Notes under the pieces: model-generated
The model's database searches: none
What the model was told of the DNA's origin: nothing
Seen by the model: the letters and a program-made list of their open reading frames with translations, nothing else
Program-made: the position numbers and the translations under genes
Assembly: GCA_965209115.1 (NCBI GenBank)
Contig: CBDBQD010000002.1
Coordinates: forward strand, 261,042 to 325,041
DNA length: 64,000 bases
Reading direction: 5' to 3'
Source: Acidimicrobiales bacterium
GTDB taxonomy: Bacteria > Actinomycetota > Acidimicrobiia > Acidimicrobiales > CATQHL01
Shown here: one piece after another, positions 47,630 through 58,256 of the stretch
Layout of the letters: each line of letters opens with the position of its first letter
How positions within the stretch are numbered: the stretch's first letter is position 1

Positions 47630-48148
47630 GTGTTCGTTCTCGGTATGGATCCTGGTCTCTCACGCTGCGGCTACGCCTGCCTGTCCGGCCGTGGTACAGC
47701 CGCCCGGGCCGTGGCGGCGGGCGTCATCACCACGCCGCCGGGCCAGCCGGTGCCGCAGCGGCTGGCGATGCTGCAGCGGGAGATCCGCGGCCTCCTCGGC
47801 GAGCTCACGCCCGCGGTGGTGGCACTGGAGAGGGTGCTGTTCCAGGTCAACGTGCGCACGGCGATGGGCGTGGGGCAGGCGGCGGGCGTGGTCATGGCCG
47901 AGGCGGTGGCCGCGGGTTGCGAGGTGGTGGAGTACTCCCCGAACCAGGTCAAGCTGGCTGTCTGCGGCGACGGGGCGGCCGGCAAGGACCAGGTGGCCCG
48001 GATGGTGCAGATGCTGCTCGGCCTGCCCGAGCCGCTGCGTCCCGCCGACACCTCCGACGCTGCCGCCGTGGCCCTCTGCCATCTGGCCCAATCTCCGACG
48101 GTTCCGCCGCCGGCCACTGCGGGGACGGCACCCCTGCCGGCGCGGTGA
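47630..48148 (+). CDS. ruvC: crossover junction endodeoxyribonuclease RuvC
   Basis: VLGMDPGLSRCGYA..., acidic catalytic residues, and its position before ruvA and ruvB. Confidence 0.85.
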   Translation: MFVLGMDPGLSRCGYACLSGRGTAARAVAAGVITTPPGQPVPQRLAMLQREIRGLLGELTPAVVALERVLFQVNVRTAMGVGQAAGVVMAEAVAAGCEVVEYSPNQVKLAVCGDGAAGKDQVARMVQMLLGLPEPLRPADTSDAAAVALCHLAQSPTVPPPATAGTAPLPAR

Positions 48149-48738
48149 TCGGATCGCTGCGCGGCCGCCTGCTTGACCGCCACGGTGACGAGTTGCTGGT
48201 GGAGGTGGGGGGCATCGGCTACCGGGTGACGGTGGGAGAGGCCGCCCAGCGGGCCGTCGGGCCGTTGGGCGGCGAGGTGTTGCTGTACGTCCACCACTAC
48301 GTGCGCGAGGACGCCGAGACGCTCTACGGCTTCGGTTCGCCCGCCGAGTTGCGCTGCTTCGAGGCGATGCTGGGCGCCAACCGCGTGGGGCCCGCTCTGG
48401 CCCTGTCGATCCTCGGTGTTCACGACCCGGCGGCGCTGCAGGCGCTGCTGGCGGCAGGCGACATCGACGCGCTGTGCCTGGTCCCGGGGGTCGGAGCCAA
48501 GACCGCGCAGCGGTTGCTGGTCGAGTTGCAGGCGCGCCTGGGGGTGCCGGAGTTCGCAGCCGCGGCCCCCACGGCAGGGATCCCCGCCGGCGGCCCCCAC
48601 AGCGACGTCCGGGCCGCGCTGGGGCAGTTGGGCTATCGCGACGACGAGGTCAACCGGGTGGTGTCGGGACTGCCCGCCGACGGCGACCCCTCCGAGCTGC
48701 TGCGCGACGCGCTGCGGCAGCTGGCGGGCGCCCGCTAG
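48145..48738 (+). CDS. ruvA: Holliday junction DNA helicase subunit RuvA
   Basis: GTG 48145 overlaps the ruvC stop. VIGSLRGRLL...LYGF...LCLVPGVGAKTAQRLLVEL (HhH motif). Confidence 0.85.
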   Translation: MIGSLRGRLLDRHGDELLVEVGGIGYRVTVGEAAQRAVGPLGGEVLLYVHHYVREDAETLYGFGSPAELRCFEAMLGANRVGPALALSILGVHDPAALQALLAAGDIDALCLVPGVGAKTAQRLLVELQARLGVPEFAAAAPTAGIPAGGPHSDVRAALGQLGYRDDEVNRVVSGLPADGDPSELLRDALRQLAGAR

Positions 48739-48771
48739 CCGGGCCGGTCGGGCTGACTGCGGGAGACGGCG

Positions 48772-49860
48772 ATGCGGACCGAGGTGCTGGCGGCAGGCGC
48801 CGACGCCGGCGAGCAGCGCGAGGAGCACGCCGACCGCTTGGGCATCCGCCCGGTGCGGCTGGCGGACTTCGTCGGCCAGAGCGAGTTGAAGCGGCACCTC
48901 GGCATCATCTGCGGCGCCGCCCGCCAGCGGGCCCAGACCACCGAGCACCTGCTGTTCGCGGGACCACCCGGGTTGGGCAAGACGACCCTGGCGGGCATCG
49001 TGGCCGCCGAGATGGGGGTGGCGCAGCAGACCACCTCGGGGCCGGCGCTGGAGCGGGCGGGAGACCTCGCGGCCATCCTGACCAAGCTCGGCGAGGGCGA
49101 CGTGCTCTTCATCGACGAGATCCACCGGCTGAGCCGTGCCGTGGAGGAGATCCTCTACCCAGCCATGGAGGACTTCAGGGTGGACATCGTGCTGGGCAAG
49201 GGACCGGCGGCCCGCTCGATTCCCCTGGACCTGCCCCGCTTCACGCTCATCGGGGCCACGACGCGGATCTCCATGATCACCGGGCCGCTGCGGGACCGCT
49301 TCGGCTTCACGGCCCGGCTGGACTTCTACCCGCCCGCCGAACTCGAGCAGATCGTGGCCCGCACCGCCGGCATCCTGGAGGTGGACATCACGCCGGTCGC
49401 CGGTGCGGTGATCGCCCGCCGGGCGCGGGGCACCCCCCGCATCGCCAACAGGCTGCTGCGCCTGGTGCGGGACTTCTCCCAGGTGGAGGGCGACGGGCGG
49501 ATCGACGAGGCGACCGCCGAGGCCGCCCTGGCGGTCTTCGGCGTGGACGGCCGGGGGCTCGACAAGCAGGATCGGGCAGTGCTGGACGCCCTCTGCCGCG
49601 GCTTCGGCGGGGGACCGGTGGGCCTGTCCACCCTGGCCATCAGCGTCAGCGAGCCCTCGGAGACGGTGGAAGAGGTCTACGAGCCGTTCCTGATCACCCA
49701 GGGGCTCATGATGCGCACCCCGCGGGGGCGCGTGGCCATGCCGGCCGCCTGGGAGCATCTGGGGCTCGAGCCGCCCAGCGGGCAGCCGGCCGTGGGCGGG
49801 TTCGCCGGCGACGCCGAGGCCGGCAGCGACACAGAGAGGCCCCCCGGCCTGTTCGATTGA
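48772..49860 (+). CDS. ruvB: Holliday junction DNA helicase RuvB
   Basis: Walker [27 protein letters not shown]. Confidence 0.9.
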   Translation: MRTEVLAAGADAGEQREEHADRLGIRPVRLADFVGQSELKRHLGIICGAARQRAQTTEHLLFAGPPGLGKTTLAGIVAAEMGVAQQTTSGPALERAGDLAAILTKLGEGDVLFIDEIHRLSRAVEEILYPAMEDFRVDIVLGKGPAARSIPLDLPRFTLIGATTRISMITGPLRDRFGFTARLDFYPPAELEQIVARTAGILEVDITPVAGAVIARRARGTPRIANRLLRLVRDFSQVEGDGRIDEATAEAALAVFGVDGRGLDKQDRAVLDALCRGFGGGPVGLSTLAISVSEPSETVEEVYEPFLITQGLMMRTPRGRVAMPAAWEHLGLEPPSGQPAVGGFAGDAEAGSDTERPPGLFD

Positions 49861-50882
49861 TGCGGACCGGCGAGGTGGACTACGCGCTGCCGCAGGAGGC
49901 GGTGGCGCAACAACCCGTCGAGCCGCGCCATGACGCCCGGCTGCTCGTCGACGGGGGAAACGACGACGAGGTGCAGCATCGCCGGGTGCGCGACCTGCCG
50001 CGCCTGCTGCACCCCGGCGACGCCGTAGTGGTCAACGACACCCGCGTGGCGCCCGCCCGCATGCACCTGCGCAAGCCGACCGGCGGGCGGGTGGAGGTGC
50101 TGGTCACGACGCCGGGGCCGGAGGTCACCGCCGAGGCACTGGTGCGGCCCGGGCGCCGGGTGCCGCCCCGAACGGTGCTGCGGGATGGCGCAGGGCGGGA
50201 CGTGCTGCGGGTGGGGGTGGCCCGCCCTGACGGCACCCGCGAGGTGACCGCTCTCGCCCACCGCAGCATCTCGGCGCTGCTGGAGGAGCTGGGCGAGGTG
50301 CCGCTGCCGCCCTACGTGCACAGCCCGGTGCCCGCCGAGCGCTACCAGACGATCTACGCCCGGCGTCCCAGCTCCGCCGCCGCCCCCACGGCCGGCCTGC
50401 ATCTCAGCGAGCAGGTGTTGGCCGAACTCGGTGCCGCCGGGATCGGCGTGGTGCCCCTGGATCTGGAGATCAGCGTCGCCACGTTCCGCCCGATCACCGC
50501 CGAGCGGCTCGAGGACCACGTGATGCACAGCGAGCGCTACACCGTCCCGGCCGAGACCTGGGCGGCCTGCGGCGAGGCCCGCCGGGTCGTGGCGGTGGGC
50601 ACCACGGTCGTCCGCGCCCTGGAGACGGCGGCGGCCGGCGGCGATCTGGCGGGTTCCAGCGACCTCTTCATCCGGCACCCGTATCCCTTCGCGGTCACCG
50701 ACGTGCTGCTCACCAACTTCCACATGCCGCGTTCGAGCCTGCTGTGCCTGCTGGCGGCGTTCGTGGGCGAGCGCTGGCGGCGGCTCTACGAGATCGCCCT
50801 CGAGTCGGGCTACCGGTTCGGGTCCTTCGGTGACGCCATGCTGGTGAGCAGGCTGCGCGCGGGACCACCTCCGGGGGAATGA
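49860..50882 (+). CDS. queA: S-adenosylmethionine:tRNA ribosyltransferase-isomerase
   Basis: ATG overlaps the ruvB stop. DYALPQEAVAQQPVEPRHDARLLV...APTAGLH...GYRFGSFGDAML. Confidence 0.85.
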   Translation: MRTGEVDYALPQEAVAQQPVEPRHDARLLVDGGNDDEVQHRRVRDLPRLLHPGDAVVVNDTRVAPARMHLRKPTGGRVEVLVTTPGPEVTAEALVRPGRRVPPRTVLRDGAGRDVLRVGVARPDGTREVTALAHRSISALLEELGEVPLPPYVHSPVPAERYQTIYARRPSSAAAPTAGLHLSEQVLAELGAAGIGVVPLDLEISVATFRPITAERLEDHVMHSERYTVPAETWAACGEARRVVAVGTTVVRALETAAAGGDLAGSSDLFIRHPYPFAVTDVLLTNFHMPRSSLLCLLAAFVGERWRRLYEIALESGYRFGSFGDAMLVSRLRAGPPPGE

Positions 50883-51985
50883 TGCTGAGCTTCACCGAGA
50901 CCGCCCGCTGCGGCGGAGCCCGGGCCGGGGAGGTCCGCACGCCGCGGGGATCCTTCCCCACCCCTGCGTTCATGCCGGTCGGGACCCGCGGGGCCGTGCG
51001 CACCCTCACCAGTGCCGACCTCGAGGACCTCGGCGCCGCCGTGGTGCTCGCCAACACCTACCACCTCATGCTGCGTCCCGGGGCCGAGCTGATCGCCGAG
51101 CGCGGCGGCCTGCACCGCTTCATGGACTGGTCGGGCCACGTCCTCACCGACTCCGGCGGCTACCAGGTGATGAGCCTGGAGCCGAAGCTGGACGACGAGG
51201 GCGCCACGTTCCGCTCCATTTACGACGGCAGCACGCACACCCTCACGCCCGAGCGGGCCGTCGAGGTGCAGGCGCTGCTGGGCTCGGACATCGCCATGGT
51301 GCTGGACGTGTGCCCGCCGCTGCCGTCGCCGCGGCCCGTCATCGAGGCCGCCGTGGATCGGACCGCCGCCTGGGCGGCCCGCGCCCGCGCCGTGCACCGG
51401 TCGATCTCCCCGCCGTCACAGCTGCAGTTCGGCATCGTGCAGGGCGGTCTGGAGGTGGACCTGCGCCGCAGCAGCGCGGCCCGGACGCTGGAGATCGGCT
51501 TCGACGGCTACGCCATCGGCGGGCTGTCGGTGGGCGAGGAGCGCCACGAGCGGCTCGAGCCGCTGGCGGCCACCACCGAGATGCTGCCCGCCGACCGCCC
51601 CCGCTACCTCATGGGCGTCGGCGACCCGCTCAGCATCCTCGAGGCGGTGAGCGCGGGGGTGGACATGTTCGACTGTGTGTTGCCGACCCGCCTGGCTCGC
51701 CACGGCACCGTCCTGACCTCCGAGGGGCGCCTCAACCTGGCCAACGCGCGCTTCGCCCGAGACGACGGGCCGCTGGATCCGGCGCTGGCGGACGACCCGG
51801 CCGGCCGCTGGTCGCGCGCCTACCTGCGCCACCTGCTGATGGTCGGCGAGACGGCCGCTACGAGGGTCCTCACACTGCACAACCTGGCGTGGCTCTTCGA
51901 CCTGATGGCGTCGACGCGCGTCGCCATCGCGCAGGGCCGCTTCGAGGCGCACGCCGCGGCGATTCGGGCCGTCTGGGAGCGCTGA
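50879..51985 (+). CDS. tgt: queuine tRNA-ribosyltransferase
   Basis: TPAFMPVGTRGAV...LANTYHLMLRPG...TDSGGYQV...FDCVLPTR. Confidence 0.9.
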   Translation: MMLSFTETARCGGARAGEVRTPRGSFPTPAFMPVGTRGAVRTLTSADLEDLGAAVVLANTYHLMLRPGAELIAERGGLHRFMDWSGHVLTDSGGYQVMSLEPKLDDEGATFRSIYDGSTHTLTPERAVEVQALLGSDIAMVLDVCPPLPSPRPVIEAAVDRTAAWAARARAVHRSISPPSQLQFGIVQGGLEVDLRRSSAARTLEIGFDGYAIGGLSVGEERHERLEPLAATTEMLPADRPRYLMGVGDPLSILEAVSAGVDMFDCVLPTRLARHGTVLTSEGRLNLANARFARDDGPLDPALADDPAGRWSRAYLRHLLMVGETAATRVLTLHNLAWLFDLMASTRVAIAQGRFEAHAAAIRAVWER

Positions 51986-52106
51986 TCGCCCGGCGGGAGC
52001 CGTGCCGGCCGAATCGTCACACGACCACCGACGGGCTAGCCTTCAGGGCCGCGCTCGGTTCGATCCGGCGTCGACGCGACCACAAACGAACCACAAGGCG
52101 GGTGAC

Positions 52107-52463
52107 GTGCGCAGCCTTCTATTCCTCCTGATCCTGCTCGTCGCGCAGGCCTGCGCGCCCACCACCGAGGACGGCGGCGGCGGGTTCGGCAGCTTCCTGC
52201 CGCTGATCATCATCCTGGCGCTGCTGTGGCTGGTGCTGTTGCGCCCGCAGCAGAGGCGGGCGAAGAACCGCCGGGAGATGCTGTCGAGGCTCGAGGTCGG
52301 CGACGAGGTGCTGATGTCGAGCGGGGTCTACGGCCGGATCGCCAGCTTCGACGAGCAGACCGTCTTCGTGGACATCGCCGACAATGTCCGGGTCAAGGTG
52401 ACGCGGGATTCCATCGCCGAGCGGATCACGTACCACGAGGAGTGGGACGGCGAGTCGAACTGA
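52107..52463 (+). CDS. yajC: preprotein translocase subunit YajC
   Basis: One TM helix, then LLRPQQRRAKNRREMLSRLEVGDEVLMSSGVYGRI. GTG 52107. Confidence 0.8.
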   Translation: MRSLLFLLILLVAQACAPTTEDGGGGFGSFLPLIIILALLWLVLLRPQQRRAKNRREMLSRLEVGDEVLMSSGVYGRIASFDEQTVFVDIADNVRVKVTRDSIAERITYHEEWDGESN

Positions 52464-52544
52464 GTCCGGCGACGCCCGATCCCCGCCGGCGTTCCCGCCC
52501 GCCCGCCGCCCGTTCCCGAGTGAGTCCGGTCCGGGGTCGTTGCG

Positions 52545-54113
52545 ATGATTGAGAGGTTCGCCGCCGCATTGCGCCGCAACCGGTCGCTCGTCGGCATCCT
52601 CACCATCGCCGTCGGCCTGCTCGTCGGGAACCTGGTGACCCACCAGGAGCCACTGCTGGGGCTCGACCTGCAGGGCGGCGTGGAGGTGGTGTTGCGCCCG
52701 GTGCCCGGCGAGACCGAGGTGACGCCCGAAGCGCTCGAGCAGGCCCTGGAGATCATCCGCAACCGGGTCGACGCCCTCGGCGTGGCCGAGCCCGACATCA
52801 CCGTGCAGGGCGAGAACATCGTGGTGCAGCTGCCCGGTGTGGACGACCAGGACCGGGCGATCGCGCTCGTCGGGCAGACCGCCGAGCTGCGCTTCCGGCC
52901 CCTGCTGGCCCGTTCGGTGTCGCTCGCCGAGATCGAGGCCTACCAGGCCGCCGTCGAGGAGTCCGGCGAGGAGGAGCAGGCCGGGGCCGAGGAGCCCGAC
53001 GATGGCGGCCGGCTCGATGTCGAGGACCTGCTCAACGGCGTTGTGAGCACCACGGCGGAGGATGATGCCGACGCCGTGGTGATCCTGCCCTCCAGCCCCG
53101 ACGTGAACGGGCAGGTGTTCCACTTCCTGCTGGGCCCGGCGCTGGTGACCGGCGCCGCGCTCGAGAGCGCCACGCCGGTCCTGGAGTTCGCCCAGTGGAA
53201 CGTGCAGGTCACCGCCCTCGAGGGGGCCGAGGGCATCGACAGGTTCAACGCGGCCGCCCGCACCTGCTACTACGAGGCGCCCGATCCGCTGCTGTGCCCC
53301 GCCGGTCAGCTCGGCATCGTGCTGGACGGCACCGTCGAGTCGGCGCCGGTGGTCAACGCCCGGACGTTCGAACGTGACCGCATCAACATCACCGGCGCCT
53401 TCAGCGAGGCCGAGGCACGCGACCTGGCGCTGGTGCTGGACTACGGCGCCCTTCCGATGGTCTTCGAGGATCCCGCCGAGGCCGGCCTGGTGCGCACCGT
53501 GTCGGCGACGCTGGGCCGCGACGCCCTGCGCGCCGGGCTCATCGCCGGCATCGTCGGCCTGGGGCTGGTGGCGCTGTACATGCTCGCCTACTACCGGTTC
53601 CTGGGCGCCGCCGCGCTCGGCAGCCTGATGGTGTCGGGGGTGCTGCTGTGGGTGATCCTGTCGTTCCTGTCCGAGACGCGCGGCCTGGCGCTGACGCTGG
53701 CCGGCGTGACCGGCCTGATCGTGGCCATCGGCGTGTCGCTGGACTCCAACGTGGTCTACTTCGAGCACCTCAAGGAGGACGTGCTACGCGGCCGGACGCT
53801 GCGCAGCTCGGTAGACCAGGCGTTCCCGGTGGCGTTCCGGACGATCTTCTGGGCCAACCTGGCGACGCTCATCGGCGCCGGCATCCTCTGGCTGCTCACC
53901 ATCGGCTCGGTGCGCGGCTTCGCGGCCATGTTGGCCATCGCCTCGATCCTTGACCTCGTCGCCACCTACTTCTTCCTGCGCCCGGTCGTGCGGGCCCTGG
54001 CGCGCCGCAGCGCCGAGCGCCCGGCGCTGGTGGGCATGGCGACAGTCGTAGCGGCGGCTGCGGCTGCTCCCGCGGCGCCGGCCGTGACCCCGGCCACCGG
54101 CGAGGCCCGATAA
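52545..54113 (+). CDS. secD: protein translocase subunit SecD
   Basis: LGLDLQGGVEVVL..., a periplasmic domain and 6 TM helices in the typical SecD layout. Confidence 0.9.
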   Translation: MIERFAAALRRNRSLVGILTIAVGLLVGNLVTHQEPLLGLDLQGGVEVVLRPVPGETEVTPEALEQALEIIRNRVDALGVAEPDITVQGENIVVQLPGVDDQDRAIALVGQTAELRFRPLLARSVSLAEIEAYQAAVEESGEEEQAGAEEPDDGGRLDVEDLLNGVVSTTAEDDADAVVILPSSPDVNGQVFHFLLGPALVTGAALESATPVLEFAQWNVQVTALEGAEGIDRFNAAARTCYYEAPDPLLCPAGQLGIVLDGTVESAPVVNARTFERDRINITGAFSEAEARDLALVLDYGALPMVFEDPAEAGLVRTVSATLGRDALRAGLIAGIVGLGLVALYMLAYYRFLGAAALGSLMVSGVLLWVILSFLSETRGLALTLAGVTGLIVAIGVSLDSNVVYFEHLKEDVLRGRTLRSSVDQAFPVAFRTIFWANLATLIGAGILWLLTIGSVRGFAAMLAIASILDLVATYFFLRPVVRALARRSAERPALVGMATVVAAAAAAPAAPAVTPATGEAR

Positions 54114-55210
54114 TGAACCAGGGCGAGATGACGATGCGAGACGGCCTGCGACGCATGTACGCCAACCAGGTCAAACTGGACTTCGAGCGCCTCTGGCGCC
54201 GGTCGGTGGTGCTGTCGGTGGTAATCCTGCTCATCGCTGGCGGCGCCTGGCTCTTCAGGGGCCTGAACCTGGGGATCGAGTTCGAGGGCGGCACGTTCTG
54301 GGAGGCGCCGCTGGGGGAGCACTCGATTGCTGAGATCCGCGGGGCCCTGGCGACGGTGGGGCAGGCCGACGCCCGCATCCAGGAACTCGGCGGGGGCGTG
54401 GTGCGGGTGCGCGCCGAGGTGGCGCCCGGCAACACCGCGGCGGTCTCGGCGGTGTCGGCGGCGCTGGCCGAGCTCGGCGGAATCAGCCCCAACGACGTCT
54501 CCTTCTCGGCGGTCGGGCCGTCCTGGGGGGCGGAGATCACCAGCAAGGCGCGCCTGGCGCTCATTGTGTTCTTCATCGTCATCGCCGTCTACATCTGGCT
54601 GCGGATGGAGTGGAAGATGGCGGTGTCGGCCCTCGTGGCGGTCGGGCACGACATCCTCGTCACCGTCGGGTTCTACGCGCTGTTCGGCTTCGAGGTGACG
54701 CCGGCCACGGTCATCGCCTTCCTCACCATCCTGGGGTATTCGCTGTACGACACGCTGGTCGTCTTCGACAAGATCCGGGGCAACGCCCGCACCCGCAAGG
54801 ACCCGTACTTCGAGGTCGTCACCCGCTCGGTCAACGAGGTTTTCATGCGATCGATCAACACCACTGTCACGTCGGTGCTGCCGGTGCTGTCGCTGCTGAT
54901 CATCGGCCGCTTCGCGCTCGGCGCGGTGACGCTGCAGGAGTTCTCGATCGCCCTGCTGGTGGGTCTGCTGGCCGGCACCTACTCGTCGCTGTTCGTGGCG
55001 GCGCCCCTGGTGGCCTGGCTGCACGTCTGGGTCACCGGCGAGCGACCGGGGCAGCGCCGGCCCACCGGTGAGCGCCGCCCCGCTGCCGAGCGCCGCCCAG
55101 TCGCCGCGCCGCCGCGCCCCAAGCGGTCCGGCAGCGGACCCGTCGGGCGGTCAGGGGTCACCACCAGCCGCAGCCACCCGGCGCGGCCCGCCAAGAAGCG
55201 GCGCAAGTGA
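54113..55210 (+). CDS. secF: protein translocase subunit SecF
   Basis: ATG overlaps the secD stop. LNLGIEFEGGT...GYSLYDTLVVFDKIR... A basic Pro/Arg-rich C-terminal extension. Confidence 0.9.
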   Translation: MNQGEMTMRDGLRRMYANQVKLDFERLWRRSVVLSVVILLIAGGAWLFRGLNLGIEFEGGTFWEAPLGEHSIAEIRGALATVGQADARIQELGGGVVRVRAEVAPGNTAAVSAVSAALAELGGISPNDVSFSAVGPSWGAEITSKARLALIVFFIVIAVYIWLRMEWKMAVSALVAVGHDILVTVGFYALFGFEVTPATVIAFLTILGYSLYDTLVVFDKIRGNARTRKDPYFEVVTRSVNEVFMRSINTTVTSVLPVLSLLIIGRFALGAVTLQEFSIALLVGLLAGTYSSLFVAAPLVAWLHVWVTGERPGQRRPTGERRPAAERRPVAAPPRPKRSGSGPVGRSGVTTSRSHPARPAKKRRK

Positions 55211-55250
55211 CCGGTCCCGTGCTCCTCGCCCCCGACAGCTGCCTGCCGCG

Positions 55251-55787
55251 ATGAAGTTCTCCGAGGCCGAGCGCCTCTGGCGGGAACTGGTCCGGGAGAT
55301 TCCCGACTTCCCCGTGGCGGGGGTCGGTTTCAAGGACATCACGCCCGTGCTGGGGCACCCGGGCGCCTTCGGGGCCTGTGCCGACGCCCTGGCGGCGCGC
55401 TTCGCCGACGCCGGCGTGGAGGTGGTCGCCGCGGCGGAGGCGCGCGGCTTCATCTTCGGCATCCCGGTGGCCGAGCGCCTCGGCGCGGGGTTCGCCGCGG
55501 TGCGCAAGCCGGGGAAGCTGCCGGCGGAGACCGTCGGCGTGACCTACGAGTTGGAGTACGGCAGCGACAGCCTCGAAATGCACGTGGACTCCCTCGCCGC
55601 CGGGGCGCGGGTGCTCGTCGTGGACGACGTGCTGGCCACCGGCGGCACCGCCCGGGCCACCTGCGACCTCGTCGAGCGCGCCGGCGGGCAGGTGGCGGGC
55701 CTCGCCTTCTTCGTGGAGCTGGCCTTCCTGGGCGGGCGCCGCCGCCTCGACGGGCTGCGCGTGGAGTCGCTGGTCGTCTACGAGTGA
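55251..55787 (+). CDS. apt: adenine phosphoribosyltransferase
   Basis: FPVAGVGFKDITP...VLVVDDVLATGGTA (PRPP-binding motif). Confidence 0.9.
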   Translation: MKFSEAERLWRELVREIPDFPVAGVGFKDITPVLGHPGAFGACADALAARFADAGVEVVAAAEARGFIFGIPVAERLGAGFAAVRKPGKLPAETVGVTYELEYGSDSLEMHVDSLAAGARVLVVDDVLATGGTARATCDLVERAGGQVAGLAFFVELAFLGGRRRLDGLRVESLVVYE

Positions 55788-55968
55788 GACACCGACCGAG
55801 TCGTCCTCCGAACAGTCTTGCTCGAAGCTCCTATGAGGTTACGTCCGTCCGACCGGTCGGTGCGCGTCCTCGACCGGCAACAGGCCGACAGATCGAGAAC
55901 AAGGTACCGCAGCCAGCATTCCGGAGAGTCAGACCCACCACCCGCCGGGGACACCGAACAGTGTGAAT

Positions 55969-55996
55969 GTCATTCCGGCGAACGCCGGAATCCAGG
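55969..55996. repeat. REP-like palindromic element
   Basis: GTCATTCCGGCGAACGCCGGAATCCAGG at the left edge of the apt/relA island. Confidence 0.7.
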
Positions 55997-56078
55997 AATC
56001 AATGGACCGATCAGCATCCACGTCTGATTCTTCCGGGAGTCTCCGAGCCGGGTGCCCGCCGAGGACCAGCGGATGCTT

Positions 56079-56555
56079 TCAGCCGTTCCGAGATGCATTC
56101 ACTGTCGTGACGATTTCCTCCACGACTTCCTGGACGGGCTCGTGCTCCCAGTAGCGCAGCACGATCCATCCCGCTTCGCGCAGTCGCTGGTCGGTGTCGG
56201 AGTCCCGCCACTTGTTGCGTGCGATCTTCGCTGACCAGTAGTCGGCGTTGGTTCTCGGCTGGGTGTAGTGCTCGGGGCAGCCGTGCCAGAAGCAGCCGTC
56301 GATGAACACGGCGACCTTCGCGGGGCGGAACACCATGTCCGCGGTTCGCTGCAGCCCCGGTATCGGCCGGGCAGCGACCCGGTACCTCAGGCCCCGCCGG
56401 TGGACGGCGGACCGGACACGCAGTTCCGGCTTGGTGTCCCTGCTCCGGTTGGCGACCATCGACCGCCGGACCGCCTCGTCGACGGCCCAGGAGTCAGCCT
56501 GCGCCCGCACACGGCGCGACGACTCCGGTGCCGCCTCGTCAGTCACCTGGGCCAT
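56079..56555 (-). CDS. vsr: very short patch repair endonuclease
   Basis: SRDTKPELRVRSAVHRRGLRYR...DMVFRPAKVAVFIDGCFWHGCPEH...YWSAKIARNKWRDSDTD...GWIVLRYWEHE. Confidence 0.85.
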   Translation of the reverse strand: MAQVTDEAAPESSRRVRAQADSWAVDEAVRRSMVANRSRDTKPELRVRSAVHRRGLRYRVAARPIPGLQRTADMVFRPAKVAVFIDGCFWHGCPEHYTQPRTNADYWSAKIARNKWRDSDTDQRLREAGWIVLRYWEHEPVQEVVEEIVTTVNASRNG

Positions 56556-56669
56556 TATCCCACGGCCTCACGGCGCGGCAGGCGGTGAGCGCGAGGCGAG
56601 CGGAGAGGTGCCACGACCGGGGCGCCGAGTGTCGATCCGCGTGTCACACCCCGGTGGTGCAATAGGGCC

Positions 56670-57761
56670 ATGACGCACGAAGCGCCCGGCAACGACCACC
56701 GCCGAGGACTGACCTCCGATCAACGGTTCAAGATGCTCCCCGACGACGACATCGCGGAGGCAGAGTCCATTGGGACTCGTCGCTGTATGAGAGCCGCCGA
56801 GTTCTTCGCGGGGATGGGCCTGATGCGGGCCGGGTTGGAGAGCGTGGGCGTGAGGACCACCTTCGCCAACGACATCGACAGAACGAAGGCGGCGCTCTAC
56901 CGGGCCAACTGGGGAGACGAGGCGCTTGTGGTCGAGGACATCCGCAACCTGCGCGGCGACGACATCCCTGATGCCGAGATCGCCACGGCGTCGTTCCCGT
57001 GCGTGGACATGTCACTCGCGGGCAACCTCGCCGGGCTCGGAGGCGAGGAGTCCGGGTTGGTCGTCGAGTTCTGCCGCATCCTCGCCGAGATGGGTGAACG
57101 GCGGCCGAGTGCCGTGATCGTCGAGAACGTGCCCGGGTTCCTCACTGTGAACGGCGGCGGGGACTTTGCGAGGGTCGTCGAGATGCTCGAGGCGCTCGAC
57201 TACGCGGTGGAGTCCGTCGTCATCGACGCCGCTTCTTTCGTGCCCCAGAGCCGTGCGCGCGTCTTCCTGCTGGGGGCGCGGGGATCGCAGCCCGCACTCC
57301 CGACAGCCCCTGACGGCGCGGGGCTGAGGTTGGCGGACGTGGCCAGCCCCGACGGAGACTGGTGGCCTCCCGAACGGCGTGACGCCTTCCTTGATTCGAT
57401 GTCGCCGTTGCAGCGCGGCCGGATCGACTGTTGGCGCGACGACTCCCGGGTGCGGTGCCTGGGCGCGTACCGCCGGACGCGCGGCGGGCGTGCCGTCTGG
57501 GAGGTCCGCAGCGACGAGATCGCCGGTGCGCTGCGCACGACCCGGGGCGGGTCGTCCCGACAGGCATTGGTGCGGGTCGGGCGCGGCGACTTCGCCGTGC
57601 GCTGGATGAACGTCGAGGAGTACGCCCGCCTCCAGGGCGCGGAGGCGTTGCGCTATGACGCCGTGTCGGACCGCCAGGCCATGTTCGCGCTCGGAGACGC
57701 CGTGTGCGTGCCCGTCATCGAGTGGCTCGCCAAGAACTGGCTGACGAGACTCGCGGCGTGA
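56670..57761 (+). CDS. dcm: DNA (cytosine-5)-methyltransferase
   Basis: Motif I EFFAGMG, motif IV SFPCVDMSLAG, motif VI VIVENVPGF, and C-terminal RLQG...GDAVCVPV. The true start may be an internal ATG (56733 or 56787). Confidence 0.85.
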   Translation: MTHEAPGNDHRRGLTSDQRFKMLPDDDIAEAESIGTRRCMRAAEFFAGMGLMRAGLESVGVRTTFANDIDRTKAALYRANWGDEALVVEDIRNLRGDDIPDAEIATASFPCVDMSLAGNLAGLGGEESGLVVEFCRILAEMGERRPSAVIVENVPGFLTVNGGGDFARVVEMLEALDYAVESVVIDAASFVPQSRARVFLLGARGSQPALPTAPDGAGLRLADVASPDGDWWPPERRDAFLDSMSPLQRGRIDCWRDDSRVRCLGAYRRTRGGRAVWEVRSDEIAGALRTTRGGSSRQALVRVGRGDFAVRWMNVEEYARLQGAEALRYDAVSDRQAMFALGDAVCVPVIEWLAKNWLTRLAA

Positions 57762-58164
57762 CATCAGACTCGCCGCCCGAGGTAGACGCGCTATATGCAG
57801 GCGTCACGCGCCTGTTTGACCTCACCGACTCGCTCGGCCGCAAAGTCGGCGACTGCACCCGCGGCGTCTACCTGTTCATCGACTACGACGACGAGCCGAT
57901 CTACGTCGGGCAGACCATTTGCCGCCGTCAGTGCGCGGAGCGCTCCTGTCCACCGATGCCCGGCAGAGCCGAGAGCATCCCGACCTTCGCCTGGCCCGCC
58001 GCGTGCGCACCATCGCGGACTTGGCCCGCGTCATCAGCGAGCGACAAGTGAAGCTCGGCATCCGCCAAACGCTGTGGGTGCAGTCCCGACGGCTCGAACA
58101 CCTGGCCCGAGCAAGACTGGAGGAACTGGGAGGCAGTGCCCACGACTTTCACGAGACGGTCTGA
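57758..58164 (+). pseudogene. GIY-YIG domain nuclease candidate, frame broken just after the YVGQT motif
   Basis: GTG 57758 overlaps the dcm stop. GVYLFIDYDDEPIYVGQT is a GIY-(x)n-YIG motif. That frame degenerates to junk and stops at 58051, while a second frame (57919-58164) continues with protein-like sequence (LSTDARQSREHPDLRLARRVRTIADLARVISERQVKLG...). Confidence 0.5.
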
Positions 58165-58256
58165 TGCAAGTTGAGAGCGCGAGCCGTTGGGCGCCTGCGA
58201 ACATCTGATGGCCCGCGAGCTCTCGCAACAGGATCGCTGCCGGGCGATCGCTGCGG

